From an uncultured Coriobacteriia bacterium (lineage in GTDB: Bacteria > Actinomycetota > Coriobacteriia > Anaerosomatales > PALSA-660): 64,000 nucleotides of DNA. This document shows, piece by piece, positions 40,047 through 50,216 of this stretch (its first letter is position 1; the number at the start of each line of letters is the position of its first letter). Location of the stretch: contig OY968780.1 in NCBI GenBank assembly GCA_963695385.1, forward strand, positions 363,339-427,338, read 5' to 3'. Below the pieces are notes generated by a model. The model was not told where the DNA came from. It searched no databases and worked only from the letters and a program-made list of their open reading frames with translations. Made by a program: the position numbers and the translations under genes.

Positions 40047-40650
40047 CCAGATACTTGGCAAGACCCCGAGTGGGATGCGATCTGATCACCGTGGATTCGT
40101 CGACGGTCCAGCCCGCGTCGCGGGCGAGCGTCTCGTAGCCGCTCGGCGCCCGGCACTCGCGGCCCCGATCCAGGCGCGCCAGAAGATTGCTCACGGGCTC
40201 GCCGTCGAGGAAGACGATGTCCTGCGTGACGATCCGGCGCACGGTCCCGGGACCGCGCACGGCGCGCAGCAAGCCGTGAGCGTGCTCGTCACTCAGATGG
40301 TGCAGCAGACCCATCAGAACGACGACGGTCGGACCCAGTTCGACCGCGTCCGACTCGGACATGATGCGGGCCTCGAAGGTCACGCCCTTGCGCTGTGCGT
40401 AGCGCTGACGCGCCAACGCGACCGCCCGTCGGTCTATGTCGAAGCCGACGTAGCGCCGGAAGTCCGTGAGGTGGCGCAGCGCGTCGCCTGTCCCACAGCC
40501 GACGTCGAGCACCGTGTCGTCCGGTGTCGTCTCGGCCCGATGATAGACGGGCGACATGTCGATGCCGCCCACCACCAGCGGGCGAATGTGGTCGTATACG
40601 AAGGGCGTTCCGACTATTCGGTCGTACAGCCCTCTAGTTGCCGATCCCAT
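40027..40650 (-). CDS. class I SAM-dependent methyltransferase
   Basis: Carries the SAM motif VLDVGCGTGD. ATG 40650 is the first Met before the conserved region. Convergent with the GT2 gene, overlapping it by 20 nt. Confidence 0.75.
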   Translation of the reverse strand: MGSATRGLYDRIVGTPFVYDHIRPLVVGGIDMSPVYHRAETTPDDTVLDVGCGTGDALRHLTDFRRYVGFDIDRRAVALARQRYAQRKGVTFEARIMSESDAVELGPTVVVLMGLLHHLSDEHAHGLLRAVRGPGTVRRIVTQDIVFLDGEPVSNLLARLDRGRECRAPSGYETLARDAGWTVDESTVIRSHPTRGLAKYLVMTLRP

Positions 40651-40766
40651 CAGACCCCGCCCCCCTGTGTGACGATGCCCACCCAGTATGCCCCCGTCCG
40701 GCGCCGTGCACATGCGCCTGTTCCTGTGCTACCGTACACCGGCGGCTCGCTTCCGGGTCGCACCGC

Positions 40767-40842
40767 GCCCTCTTAGCTCAGGGGATAGAGCGTCTGCCTC
40801 CGGAGCAGAAGGCCATAGGTTCGAATCCTATAGAGGGCGCCA
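40767..40842 (+). tRNA. tRNA-Arg (anticodon CCG), 3' CCA encoded
   Basis: Hand-folded cloverleaf: acceptor GCCCTCT/AGAGGGC, D arm GCTC-AGGGGATA-GAGC, anticodon arm TCTGC-CTCCGGA-GCAGA, T arm ATAGG-TTCGAAT-CCTAT, discriminator G, then CCA. Confidence 0.9.
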
Positions 40843-40949
40843 GCTTCTCGACCCACCGACCCGGCCCTCGCGCCGGGTCGTGCCATGGAGGGCCCCAAAC
40901 CCTCCCGACCGGGTATCTAGCATGCGAACCGACGAGGGGAGACGCGGAA

Positions 40950-41510
40950 GTGAAAGAGCCGACGAACCACGTGTACGTGTTCCCGAACCCTGTGGCACTC
41001 GTGACAGTGCCTGACGGGGCCGGCAGCGCCAACATCATCACGCTGGCGTGGGTCGGGATGACCTGCTCGGATCCGCTCTGCATCAGCATCGCCATCCGCC
41101 CGTCCCGCCACAGCAACGTCCTTCTCAGAGCCGCGGGCGAGTTCTGCCTCAACATCCCCGGCGAGGAACTGGTGACCCAGGCCGACCACTGCGGGATGGT
41201 CTCGGGCCGCGACCACGACAAGTGGGTCGAGACCGGCCTGACCCCGGAGCCGTCCCAGCACGTCTCCGCTCCCCGGATCGCCGAATGTCGCTACGCGCTG
41301 GAGTGCAAGGTCATCGAGACGGTCCCCCTGGGCGCTCACGACCTGTTCATCGCTAGAGCCGAAGGCGCCTTCGCCGACCCCGCCATCCTGGACGACCGCG
41401 GCCACGTCGACTACGCCAAGCTCCGTCCCATGGCCTACATGCCCAACCAGTACTGGTCCCTGGGCAACCGCATCTACACCTACGGCGAGAGCAACAAGAA
41501 GCCCGAGTAG
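40950..41510 (+). CDS. flavin reductase-like (FMN-binding split-barrel) protein
   Basis: Contains P.ALVTV......NIITLAW.G...S.P....IAIRPSR.S...L...GEF.LNIP. GTG 40950 lies 8 nt after GAGGGGAG. Confidence 0.8.
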   Translation: MKEPTNHVYVFPNPVALVTVPDGAGSANIITLAWVGMTCSDPLCISIAIRPSRHSNVLLRAAGEFCLNIPGEELVTQADHCGMVSGRDHDKWVETGLTPEPSQHVSAPRIAECRYALECKVIETVPLGAHDLFIARAEGAFADPAILDDRGHVDYAKLRPMAYMPNQYWSLGNRIYTYGESNKKPE

Positions 41511-41603
41511 ACGCCGTCAGGTGATGCAGGTCGAGGGCCGCGTGGCACGGCGGCCGGACCGTAGGGGTTTGGAGTCGTTCCGCCCGATGGGGTATGCGCC
41601 CCA

Positions 41604-41699
41604 GGTTGGCGAGGGGCCGGAGCGAACACCCCGCAGGCGCCCGGCGATGCGAAGCCGCCGGGCTGCCGAGGACCGTTCGCGGAGCGCTCCTCGCCAACC
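41604..41699. other. nested inverted repeats in the convergent flavin reductase / EF-G intergenic region
   Basis: The outer 11-bp perfect arms are GGTTGGCGAGG (41604-41614) and CCTCGCCAACC (41689-41699). The inner 8-bp hairpin is GCCCGGCG / CGCCGGGC. Confidence 0.4.
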
Positions 41700-41711
41700 G
41701 CGCCCCGGACC

Positions 41712-43766
41712 CTACTCCTCGGCCTTGTTCTTCGCCTGCTCCACGATCTTGCGCGCCATGTCCCCCGGAACCTCGGCATACTCGCCGATCTCCATCGAGT
41801 ACCACCCGGATCCATGGGTCAGAGACCGCAGCTGCAAAGCGTAGTTGACGACCTCGGCGTAGGGCACCGTGGCGCGGATGACCTGCTTGCCGCCCTTGCC
41901 TTCCATGCCCAGGATCTTGCCGCGGCGAGAGGACATGTCGCCCATGACGTCGCCCGCGTAGTGTTCGGGCACGGTGATCACCAGGTTGGCGATGGGCTCG
42001 AGAAGGACCATCTCAGCCTTCTCCGCGACGGCCCTGAAGCCCATCGACGCGGCGGTGCGGAAGGCCATCTCCGATGAGTCGACGGCGTGATAGCTGCCGT
42101 CGTAGACGGCGATCTTCACGTCGACCACGGGGTAACCGGCCAGGACCCCGCGCTCCATCGATTCCTGGACACCCTTGTCGATCGCGGGGATGAACCCGCG
42201 AGGGATCCTGCCGCCCACGATCTCGTCGAGGAACTCGTAGCCGCCGCCGGGATTGGGCTCGATGCGCAGCCAGCAGTCACCGAACTGGCCGTGGCCGCCC
42301 GTCTGCTTCTTGTGACGGCCCTGGGCCTGCGCGACCTTCCGGACCGTCTCGCGGAACGGGATCCGCAGGTCGGTGAGTTCCGTGTCCACGCTGAACCGGC
42401 TCTTGAGGCGCGCCATGACGACCTCGATCTGAGTGTCGCCGAGCGCAGACAGCACTGTCTGGTGGGTCTCGGAGTCGCGCCTGAGGCGCAGCGTCGGGTC
42501 CTCCTCGACGATCTTGTTGATGCCTCCGCCGAGCTTGTCCTCGTCCGTCTTGACCTTCGCGCGGATGGCCACGGAATAGAGGGGTTCGGGGAGCGGCATC
42601 GCCGCGAACGCCACGTCTCCTTTGGCGGACAGCGAGTCGTTGGTGGCCGTATCAGCCAGCTTCGGAAGGACCGCGACATCTCCGGCGGGAACGCCGTCCA
42701 TGTCGCTCGCATCCTTGCCTATGAGCTTGAGGACGTGGCCGATGCGCTCCTTCTTTCCCGTGCGCGCGTTGACCAGTTCCGAGTTGGGCGACAGCGTGCC
42801 GGACACGACCTTGACGAAGTTGAGGCGCCCCTGATACGGGTCCGACATCGTCTTGAAGACGAAGGCGGAGACGGTCCCGCCGGTGGACACGTGGACCTCT
42901 TCGCCGTCGACGGTCGGCAGCGGACCGTGCGCCGTGGGCTCGGGGAAGAAGGAGACGATCTCGTCCATCAGGTCCTCGACGCCCTGCAGCTTGAGGGCCG
43001 ATCCGACGAACACCGGGATGAATATCCCCTGCGCGATGGCGAGCCCGAGAAGCTTGTCCAGCTCCTCCTGGGTGAGCCGCTCGCCCTCGAGGTACTTCTC
43101 CATGAGATCGTCGTCCGCCTCGGCCACCAGCTCGCACAGTTTGTCCCGCGCGGTCTCGGCGCGGTCGTTCTGATCCGCGGGGATCTCGTCCGTGTGCTCG
43201 CCGTCGGACTCGTGGTGATACGCCTTCATGCGGATGATGTCGATGACGCCGTGGAAGTCGGCTTCGCGCCCGAGCGGCAGCTGCACCGCGCCGACACGGT
43301 GCCCGAAGGCCGCCGTCAGAGCGTTCATGGCCGCGTCGAAGTCCGCGTGCTCCTTGTCCATCCGGTTGACGAAGACGGAGCGGGCGATCCCCATGTTGCC
43401 GGCGATCTCCCACAGGCGCTCCGTCTGCACCTGGACGCCGGCCACCGCGTCCACGACGAAGATGGCCATCTCGGCGGCTTCCATGCCCGCGATGGCGTCA
43501 CCGATGAAGTCGGCATAGCCGGGGGTGTCGATCACGTTGATCTTGACGTCGCGATGGGCGACGGGGGCCAGCGCCAGGTTGATCGTCATCTTGCGCTTGA
43601 GCTCTTCAGGGTCGTAGTCCAGGGTGGAGTGACCGTCTTCGACCGTCCCGAGGCGCTTGGTCTCTCCCGCCATGAAGAGCATCGCCTCGGCGAGAGAAGT
43701 CTTTCCCGCGCCCCCATGGCCGACCAGAACGACGTTGCGGACCTTGTCGGTGCTCACTGCTCCCAT
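41712..43766 (-). CDS. elongation factor G family GTPase (paralog located outside a str operon)
   Basis: G1 is GHGGAGKTS, followed by DTPGYADF and NRMD. Domains II-V are recognisable. ATG 43766 follows GGAGG. Confidence 0.9.
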   Translation of the reverse strand: MGAVSTDKVRNVVLVGHGGAGKTSLAEAMLFMAGETKRLGTVEDGHSTLDYDPEELKRKMTINLALAPVAHRDVKINVIDTPGYADFIGDAIAGMEAAEMAIFVVDAVAGVQVQTERLWEIAGNMGIARSVFVNRMDKEHADFDAAMNALTAAFGHRVGAVQLPLGREADFHGVIDIIRMKAYHHESDGEHTDEIPADQNDRAETARDKLCELVAEADDDLMEKYLEGERLTQEELDKLLGLAIAQGIFIPVFVGSALKLQGVEDLMDEIVSFFPEPTAHGPLPTVDGEEVHVSTGGTVSAFVFKTMSDPYQGRLNFVKVVSGTLSPNSELVNARTGKKERIGHVLKLIGKDASDMDGVPAGDVAVLPKLADTATNDSLSAKGDVAFAAMPLPEPLYSVAIRAKVKTDEDKLGGGINKIVEEDPTLRLRRDSETHQTVLSALGDTQIEVVMARLKSRFSVDTELTDLRIPFRETVRKVAQAQGRHKKQTGGHGQFGDCWLRIEPNPGGGYEFLDEIVGGRIPRGFIPAIDKGVQESMERGVLAGYPVVDVKIAVYDGSYHAVDSSEMAFRTAASMGFRAVAEKAEMVLLEPIANLVITVPEHYAGDVMGDMSSRRGKILGMEGKGGKQVIRATVPYAEVVNYALQLRSLTHGSGWYSMEIGEYAEVPGDMARKIVEQAKNKAEE

Positions 43767-43995
43767 GCGGCAATCGCCTCCACTGGCAAGATGCGAACGG
43801 GCCGCCCTCAAGACGGCCCGCGCGGTTCGCCGACTCGACCGGCCCCGGGGCCGGTCCGCCGTTACGATAGCACAACGTGCACGCGCGGCACGCGCGCGAG
43901 CGCCTTCGCGCGCGAACGGTCGTTGCGGCGGCAGATCAGCGTCGGCGACGGTCGTGTGGCAGCCCTGCGAGGCGGACTGGTACTATGTGCGAGCC

Positions 43996-44631
43996 ATGCA
44001 CCTGCCACCACGCCAGGCCGCCTTCGCGGCCCTCGTACTCATCGCGCTCGGCATGTCCATCGCCGGGTGCTCTCCCGTGTCCTCCGGCGGCGATACCTCA
44101 GGTTCCGGGTCGCTGACGGCAACGGCGCCCGCCGATCCCGACGCGCTTCCGCTGCATGTGTCGAAGGTGGTCGTCAGGGGAGACGAGAGGGCTGTCCTGC
44201 GCACGTCGAAGGGCGTCATCGAGATCGCGTTCTATCCCGGCAAGGCGCCCAACACGGTGGCCAGCTTCATCGAGCTGGCAGGGGAGGGCTTCTTCGACGG
44301 CACCAAGTTCCATCGCGTGGAACCCGGCCTTCTCATCCAAGGCGGTGACCCTCTCTCCAGGACGGATGATCCCGCGGTCGGGACGGGGGGTCCGTCGTGG
44401 CGGCTCAAGGCGGAGTTCAACGACTTGAAGCATGTCGAAGGCACTGTCGCCATGGCGCGGACTCAGTCTCCCGATTCCGCGGGCTCTCAGTTCTACATCG
44501 GGCTGGTGCCCATGTCCGGGCTCGACGGCAACTACACCGTGTTCGGCCGGGTGGTCAAAGGCATGAGCGTCGTACGCGCGATCTCGGTGGGCGACGTGAT
44601 CAGCAAGGTCACTATCGTGCACGGCTCATAG
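43996..44631 (+). CDS. cyclophilin-type peptidyl-prolyl cis-trans isomerase, lipoprotein
   Basis: Lipobox LGMSIAG-C. The cyclophilin core carries FHRV and the MAR...PDSAGSQF motif. Confidence 0.9.
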   Translation: MHLPPRQAAFAALVLIALGMSIAGCSPVSSGGDTSGSGSLTATAPADPDALPLHVSKVVVRGDERAVLRTSKGVIEIAFYPGKAPNTVASFIELAGEGFFDGTKFHRVEPGLLIQGGDPLSRTDDPAVGTGGPSWRLKAEFNDLKHVEGTVAMARTQSPDSAGSQFYIGLVPMSGLDGNYTVFGRVVKGMSVVRAISVGDVISKVTIVHGS

Positions 44632-44639
44632 GGGCGGAC

Positions 44640-45932
44640 GTGGACGAATCCAGACTGGTCTATGGCGACAAGGCGTACGCCGCAGGCGATTGGCGCGCGG
44701 CGGCGCGCGAGTATCTCGCCGCGGTCCAGGGCTCCGAGCCGGCAGGCACCGGTCGGGCGTACCACATGGCCGGCAACTCCCTCATGAAGCTGCGCCGTCA
44801 CGGCGACGCGGCCACCGTGTATGGTCACGCGCTCAGGGACGAGTCCTACGGCAAACGCGGGGCGATCCTGACCAACCTCGGCTCTGCGCTGGCCGCTGAC
44901 GGCCATCTCTCCGAAGCGGTCCAGGCCTTCGAGTCGGCCATGGAGGACCCCGCCAACGAAGCACCCTGGAAGGCTCAGCAGGGGAAGGCGGGAGCGCTCT
45001 ACGACATGGGTCGCTTCGAGGAGGCGTGCCAGGCGTACCGAGACGCCGCCTGGGCGGAGGGAAACCCAGACCCGGGCAAGTCGCTCAACAATCTCGGGAT
45101 GTGCTTCATGACCCTGGGACGCCCCGAAGAGGCCGTCGGTGCGTACAAGGCCGCCGTGTCCACGGACGGCTATGCCGCCAAGGGGCGCGCCTCGGCCAAT
45201 CTGGGCCTGGCCTATTCCTCGATGGGTTTCCATGAGGAAGCGGTGCGCGCGTTCGAGGCTGCCCGAGACGAGTTCGGCTACGAGCTGAGTGACGCGGTCC
45301 TGGCAGCGTACGAATCCTCCGTGGCCGCCGGATCCCATCCTGAGGCCGAGCCCGCCGAGGAGCCGGTCGCGGAGGTGGCCATTCCTCCTGCGCCGGAGCC
45401 GGAGGAGGCTGTTGCGACGGGCGATCTGGCCGCGACCGCCGAGGACGACGCCTTCTTCACGATGACCGAGGACGAGATGAGGGTTCGCGGGCGGGCGGCC
45501 AACAAGGCCGAGCGCCGAGACAGGCTGTCGGGCCGCGGATTGGCGCTGCGCGTCGGACTGTCGCTGCTCGCCTTGATAGTGATCTTCGGCGGCTTCGCCG
45601 TCGCGGCCTACATGGGGCTCGGGTATCCTTCGCAGAGCGCCACCGTGTCGGGACTGATCGACGCTTATCGTGCCGGCCGCCCGGTGGCCGGCTACTGGGT
45701 CGCCGTGCCGGTCACGGACGTGAGACGCGAGATGCGGACGCTCCCGGCTCGGTTCGAGTCGTATTCGATCGAATCCGTGGCGGCCAGCGCGGCGTCGTCC
45801 ACGGCGGATGTCACCGTAAGGCTGGACAGGAACGGCACGCAGAGGTTCCAGGTATCGCTGGTGCGCGAGGGCGTCGGGTGGAAGGTGAACGGCATCCGAA
45901 ACGACTGGCGCTCAACCGGCGACGGCATCTGA
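44640..45932 (+). CDS. TPR-repeat protein with one TM helix and a C-terminal extracytoplasmic domain
   Basis: Repeated A..Y..A... TPR-like units, a TM segment (LALRVGLSLLALIVIFGGFAVAAYMGL), and a GTG start 5 nt after the ppiase stop. Confidence 0.65.
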   Translation: MDESRLVYGDKAYAAGDWRAAAREYLAAVQGSEPAGTGRAYHMAGNSLMKLRRHGDAATVYGHALRDESYGKRGAILTNLGSALAADGHLSEAVQAFESAMEDPANEAPWKAQQGKAGALYDMGRFEEACQAYRDAAWAEGNPDPGKSLNNLGMCFMTLGRPEEAVGAYKAAVSTDGYAAKGRASANLGLAYSSMGFHEEAVRAFEAARDEFGYELSDAVLAAYESSVAAGSHPEAEPAEEPVAEVAIPPAPEPEEAVATGDLAATAEDDAFFTMTEDEMRVRGRAANKAERRDRLSGRGLALRVGLSLLALIVIFGGFAVAAYMGLGYPSQSATVSGLIDAYRAGRPVAGYWVAVPVTDVRREMRTLPARFESYSIESVAASAASSTADVTVRLDRNGTQRFQVSLVREGVGWKVNGIRNDWRSTGDGI

Positions 45933-46028
45933 CCGCGTCGGTATCGCGTCATCGAGGTCGCCGTCCGCGGGCGACATCGTCGGTAGGCGGAGAGTCCTGC
46001 AGGAACGTCGACAAACAGGGAGCGCGAA

Positions 46029-46430
46029 TTGCAGCAGAGCACATACGTGATGGTGAAGCCGGACGCCGTGAAGCGGGGCCTGGTCGGGCAGATAGTCAAG
46101 CGGTTCGAGCGTGCCGGCCTGGTCATAGAACGCATGGAGTTCGGGCACGTTGCACGCGCGCAGGCCGAGGCGAACTACGCCGAGCACGCGGGTAAGCCCT
46201 TCTACGAGGGCCTGATCGCCTACATCACAGGCGGGCCGGTGGTGAAGATGGTCCTGTCCGGTCCGGAGGCGGTGACGGTCGTTCGCAAGCTGATGGGCGC
46301 GACGAACCCGCGAGACGCGGCCCCGGGCACCATACGCGGCGACTTCGGACTCACGCTCGACGAGAACATCGTCCACGGCTCGGATTCTCCCGAGAGTGCG
46401 GACAGGGAGATAAAGATATTCTTCACTTAG
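46029..46430 (+). CDS. ndk: nucleoside diphosphate kinase
   Basis: Contains MVKPDAV.RGLVG.I..RFE, TNP..A.PGTIRGDF and NIVHGSDS. TTG start lies 7 nt after AGGGAG. Confidence 0.9.
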   Translation: MQQSTYVMVKPDAVKRGLVGQIVKRFERAGLVIERMEFGHVARAQAEANYAEHAGKPFYEGLIAYITGGPVVKMVLSGPEAVTVVRKLMGATNPRDAAPGTIRGDFGLTLDENIVHGSDSPESADREIKIFFT

Positions 46431-46580
46431 TCTCGTGGCCTAGCGTCCATGGCAGGTCTCGGACTATCATCGCCGAAATGTTACGGAGGTCTCCACGCAT
46501 CCGCGAGGGTCGGCTTTGCCATACCCGCGCATCCGCCTGGAGCGTACACGCGACTTTGGAGGTCGAAGAGGGGTGAGCGA

Positions 46581-47888
46581 GTGACGGTACGCACATTCCG
46601 AGGCGGCGTGCATCCTCCGGACCACAAGGAGGCCACCGCGGGCCGGGCGACTGAGCTGGGTCCCATGGCCGCGCAGTTGGTCGTGCCGATGAGCCAGCAC
46701 CTTGGCGCGCCGTGCCGACCGACCGTGGAGAAGGGTGAGCTGGTGCAACGAGGCCAGGTCATCGGCGATGTCGATGCGATGGTCAGCGCGCCGGTCCACA
46801 GCCCCGTCAACGGCGAGGTGGTCGCCGTGGGCAAGGTGCTGACCGCCGGCGGCATGCGAGTCGATGCCGTGACCATCGCACCGGACCCCGAGCAGGACTT
46901 CGAGCAGTTCGTGCCGGTGCAGGCCGCCGACGAAAGTGTCCCCGCTCTTGCGCGCGCCGCCGGCATCGTAGGTATGGGGGGCGCCGCCTTCCCGGCCGCG
47001 GTGAAGCTCCTTCCGCCCAAGCACTTCACGATCGACACCGTCATCCTCAACGGGTGCGAATGCGAACTCTTCCTGACCTGTGACCATCGGGTGATGATCG
47101 AGCAGACGGCGCAGGTGATGGCGGGCGCGCGTCACATCGCGACGGCCGTCGGCGCGAAGGACGTCTTCGTCGCGGTTGAGGACAACAAACCCGACGCGAT
47201 CGACGCACTGCGCAAGGCCGCGGCCGGCACCGGTATCGAGATCGTGCCGCTGCGGACGAGGTACCCGCAGGGCGCCGAGAAGCAACTCATCTTCGCGGTG
47301 ACCGGCAGGGCGGTTCCGAGGGGGCAGCTGCCGGCGTCGGTCGGTGTGCTGGTCCACAACGTCGGCACCGCCGTGGCGATAACAGACGCCGTGGAGCGGC
47401 ACAAGCCGTTGATGGAGCGGGTGGTCACGGTCTCGGGCCAGGTCGCCAAGCCTGGCAACTACCGGGTCCTGATCGGTACCCCGATCTCCGCGCTGATCGA
47501 AGCGGCCGGCGGGTTGGTCGAGCCGGTAGGGCGGGTGATCGCCGGCGGACCAATGACCGGCGCGCCGCTCGCGACTCTGGACGTTCCGGTCGTGAAGGGG
47601 ACATCCGGGGTCGTCGCTTTGACCCCGGCGCAATCCGCGCCCCTGGTCGACGGCGATCAGCCCTGCATCCGCTGCGGGAGTTGCGTCGAGGTCTGTCCGA
47701 TGACTCTGCACCCGTTCGCGATCGCGTCCTACGCGGATCGGCGCATGTGGGACGGGGTCGAGCGCTTCCATGCTCTCGACTGCATCGAGTGCGGTTGCTG
47801 CAGCTACATGTGCCCCACTCGGCGTCCGCTCGTCCAGCTCATCAAGACGGGCAAGGCCGCCCTCATGCTGAAGGGGGCGAAGAAGTGA
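46581..47888 (+). CDS. rnfC: Rnf electron-transport complex subunit C
   Basis: Contains FRGGVHPP, GMGGAAFP and two CxxCxxCxxxCP motifs. GTG 46581 follows a GAGGGG-type RBS. ORF-track 46449 adds non-conserved residues. Confidence 0.9.
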   Translation: MTVRTFRGGVHPPDHKEATAGRATELGPMAAQLVVPMSQHLGAPCRPTVEKGELVQRGQVIGDVDAMVSAPVHSPVNGEVVAVGKVLTAGGMRVDAVTIAPDPEQDFEQFVPVQAADESVPALARAAGIVGMGGAAFPAAVKLLPPKHFTIDTVILNGCECELFLTCDHRVMIEQTAQVMAGARHIATAVGAKDVFVAVEDNKPDAIDALRKAAAGTGIEIVPLRTRYPQGAEKQLIFAVTGRAVPRGQLPASVGVLVHNVGTAVAITDAVERHKPLMERVVTVSGQVAKPGNYRVLIGTPISALIEAAGGLVEPVGRVIAGGPMTGAPLATLDVPVVKGTSGVVALTPAQSAPLVDGDQPCIRCGSCVEVCPMTLHPFAIASYADRRMWDGVERFHALDCIECGCCSYMCPTRRPLVQLIKTGKAALMLKGAKK

Positions 47889-48949
47889 GCGACGAGAAGA
47901 AGGAAGCGCCGGTCGAGCAGCGCATGCCGGTCGTCGCACCGGCCCCGCATGTCGCGGCCGAGCAGAGCAGCCGCACGATCATGCTCTGGGTCATCGGCGC
48001 TCTCACCCCCGCCACGCTCTGGGGAATGTGGTGCTTCATAGCGGCCGATGCGAGCCTGGGCATACGGTCCCTGGTGACTCTGGTCGTCGGGATCGGCTCG
48101 TGCGTTCTGACGGAGGCTCTCTGGAACATCTTGCGCAAGGAGCGGCAGACCATCGGCGATCTCACCGCCGTCATCACGGGTCTGCTGCTGGCGATGTCGG
48201 TTCCGCCCCTCACGCCATGGTGGATCACGATGTTCGGCGGCATAGTCGCCATCGCGCTGGCGAAGATGCTCTTCGGCGGCCTCGGGTTCAACCTGTTCAA
48301 CCCGGCGCTGGTGGGTCGTGCGGTCGTCATGATGTCGTGGCTCGGCGTCATGTCCGACGTGAAGCCCTACCCCGGCGGATGGTTCCGCGCCCTGTCCATG
48401 CCCGCGGCGGGCAAGTTCGACGCCATCAGCGGAGCCACGCGGCTGGCCATCGCCTCGGCCGACCGGGCCGCCCTGGGAGCGTATCACTACGATCTTTCGG
48501 CCCAATACGGTCCGCTGCTGTTCAAGAACCTCGAGGGGTCGCTCGGCGAGGTCTCGGGCGCTCTGCTGATCCTCGGCGGGCTCGTTCTGATCGGCAAGCA
48601 GATCATCGACTGGCGAATCCCCGTCGGCTACATCGGGTCGGTCGCGCTCCTTTCCTGGGCATTCGGGTCCGACCCGATCTTCAACGTGCTCGCCGGCGGG
48701 GTCCTGCTCGGCGCGTTCTTCATGGCGACGGACTACGTCTCCTCATGCGTCACCAGGAACGGGAGACTCGTGTTCGGCATCGGGTGCGGCGTGTTCAACA
48801 TCGTCACGAGGTTCTTCGGCCCGATGCCAGAGACGACCACCTTCGCGATCCTGTTCATGAACGGCCTGGCACCTCTCATCGACCGCATGTTCATGCCCAA
48901 GCCGTTCGGCTGGATGAAGCCCGGGAAGGAGGCGAAGGCGAATGCTTAA
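47885..48949 (+). CDS. rnfD: Rnf complex subunit D
   Basis: Polytopic membrane protein containing FNPALVGR and SGATRL. GTG overlaps the rnfC stop. Confidence 0.85.
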   Translation: MSDEKKEAPVEQRMPVVAPAPHVAAEQSSRTIMLWVIGALTPATLWGMWCFIAADASLGIRSLVTLVVGIGSCVLTEALWNILRKERQTIGDLTAVITGLLLAMSVPPLTPWWITMFGGIVAIALAKMLFGGLGFNLFNPALVGRAVVMMSWLGVMSDVKPYPGGWFRALSMPAAGKFDAISGATRLAIASADRAALGAYHYDLSAQYGPLLFKNLEGSLGEVSGALLILGGLVLIGKQIIDWRIPVGYIGSVALLSWAFGSDPIFNVLAGGVLLGAFFMATDYVSSCVTRNGRLVFGIGCGVFNIVTRFFGPMPETTTFAILFMNGLAPLIDRMFMPKPFGWMKPGKEAKANA

Positions 48950-49559
48950 GTTCTACTTCAAGCTGGGCATCCCGGTGCTTGTGACGTGCATCGTCGCCTC
49001 CGCCGGCCTCGCTGTGACCTATGCGGTGACCAAGGACCGCATCGCGGAGCAGGACCGTCTGGCCAAGGAGAGATCGCTGCGTGTCGTGCTCGCCGATGTC
49101 GGAGCGAAGGGCACCTTCGAGCAGATCAAGGACGCGGCGGTTCTCAAGAAGGCGGCCGTCGCGGCCGGCGAGACCCCCGTCTACGCCCTCTACCGGGCGC
49201 TTGACGGCAGCGGTGGTCAGATCGGATGGGGCGTCCTGGTCGGACCCCGCGGCTACGGGGGTCCCATATCCATGGCGGTAGGTGTGGATAGGAACGGGAA
49301 AGTCACCGGCGCCACAGTAGTGTCCATGAACGAGACCCCGGGTCTCGGAACCAAGGTCAACACCGAGATGGTCAAGGGCAAGCCCTGGCTGCAGGGCTTC
49401 GTGGGAGTCGATGTGGTCGAGGGCGATGCGCTGGTGGCCGAGGTGGACACGATCACAGGAGCGACCAAGTCGTCCCGAGGCGTCAGGAACGGCGTTCAGG
49501 CGGCAGCGAACATCTACGCACAAGCGCTGGCCGGCTTGGGAGAGGTGAGCGGCAAGTGA
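48942..49559 (+). CDS. rnfG: Rnf complex subunit G (FMN-binding)
   Basis: An N-terminal TM helix, ETPGLG, and the flavinylation-site motif TGATKSS. Confidence 0.85.
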   Translation: MLKFYFKLGIPVLVTCIVASAGLAVTYAVTKDRIAEQDRLAKERSLRVVLADVGAKGTFEQIKDAAVLKKAAVAAGETPVYALYRALDGSGGQIGWGVLVGPRGYGGPISMAVGVDRNGKVTGATVVSMNETPGLGTKVNTEMVKGKPWLQGFVGVDVVEGDALVAEVDTITGATKSSRGVRNGVQAAANIYAQALAGLGEVSGK

Positions 49560-50215
49560 ATGAATGGATGCGCGTCTTCCGCAGCGGGATATCGCTGGAG
49601 AACCCGCTGACCGTGCTGATGATCGGTCTGTGTTCCACCCTCGCCGTGTCGTCGAAGCTCGAGGGCTCCCTGTTCATGGGGATCGCGGTCATCTTCGTGC
49701 TCGTCATGAGCAACGTTCTGATCTCGGCCACACGCAAGTTCATCCCGGACGAGGTCCGGATCCCGATCTTCATCGTGATCATCGCGTCGTTCGTCACGAT
49801 CGTCGACCTGGTGATGAAGGCGTTCCTGCCCAGCGTGTACGCCTTCCTCGGGGTGTGGATCCCCCTCATCGTCGTCAACTGCATCGTCTTGGGACGCGCG
49901 GAGGCCTTCGCCTACCACAACACGATCTGGATCTCCGTCGCAGACGGCATCGGGATGGGGATCGGATACACCATCATCATCGCGGGACTCGCCGCGTTCC
50001 GGGAGCTCTTCGGCACGGGCCAGATCGTGTTTCTCAACGCCACACTGATATCGCTGCCTGCCTTCTACAAACCCCCGAACATCCTGATGCTCTTCCCGGG
50101 CGCCTTCATTCTCTTCGGACTGATCGTCGCGGCATCGCATGCGCTCAATCGCAGGAGTCGGGCGAAAGAGGCCGCCCAGGCGGCCGCCCTCAAGATGAGG
50201 ACGGAGGCGGCCTGA
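49556..50215 (+). CDS. rnfE: Rnf complex subunit E
   Basis: Contains LENP......GLCSTLAV and IPLIVVNCIVLGRAE. Confidence 0.9.
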   Translation: MNEWMRVFRSGISLENPLTVLMIGLCSTLAVSSKLEGSLFMGIAVIFVLVMSNVLISATRKFIPDEVRIPIFIVIIASFVTIVDLVMKAFLPSVYAFLGVWIPLIVVNCIVLGRAEAFAYHNTIWISVADGIGMGIGYTIIIAGLAAFRELFGTGQIVFLNATLISLPAFYKPPNILMLFPGAFILFGLIVAASHALNRRSRAKEAAQAAALKMRTEAA

Positions 50216-50216
50216 G

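Noticed and set aside
40651-40949. tRNA-Arg as a possible integration hotspot, or the 923-bp repeats as ends of a mobile element.
   Set aside because: There is no integrase, transposase or recombinase. I saw no direct repeat of the tRNA 3' end nearby. The 923-bp repeats are coding paralogs, not terminal repeats.
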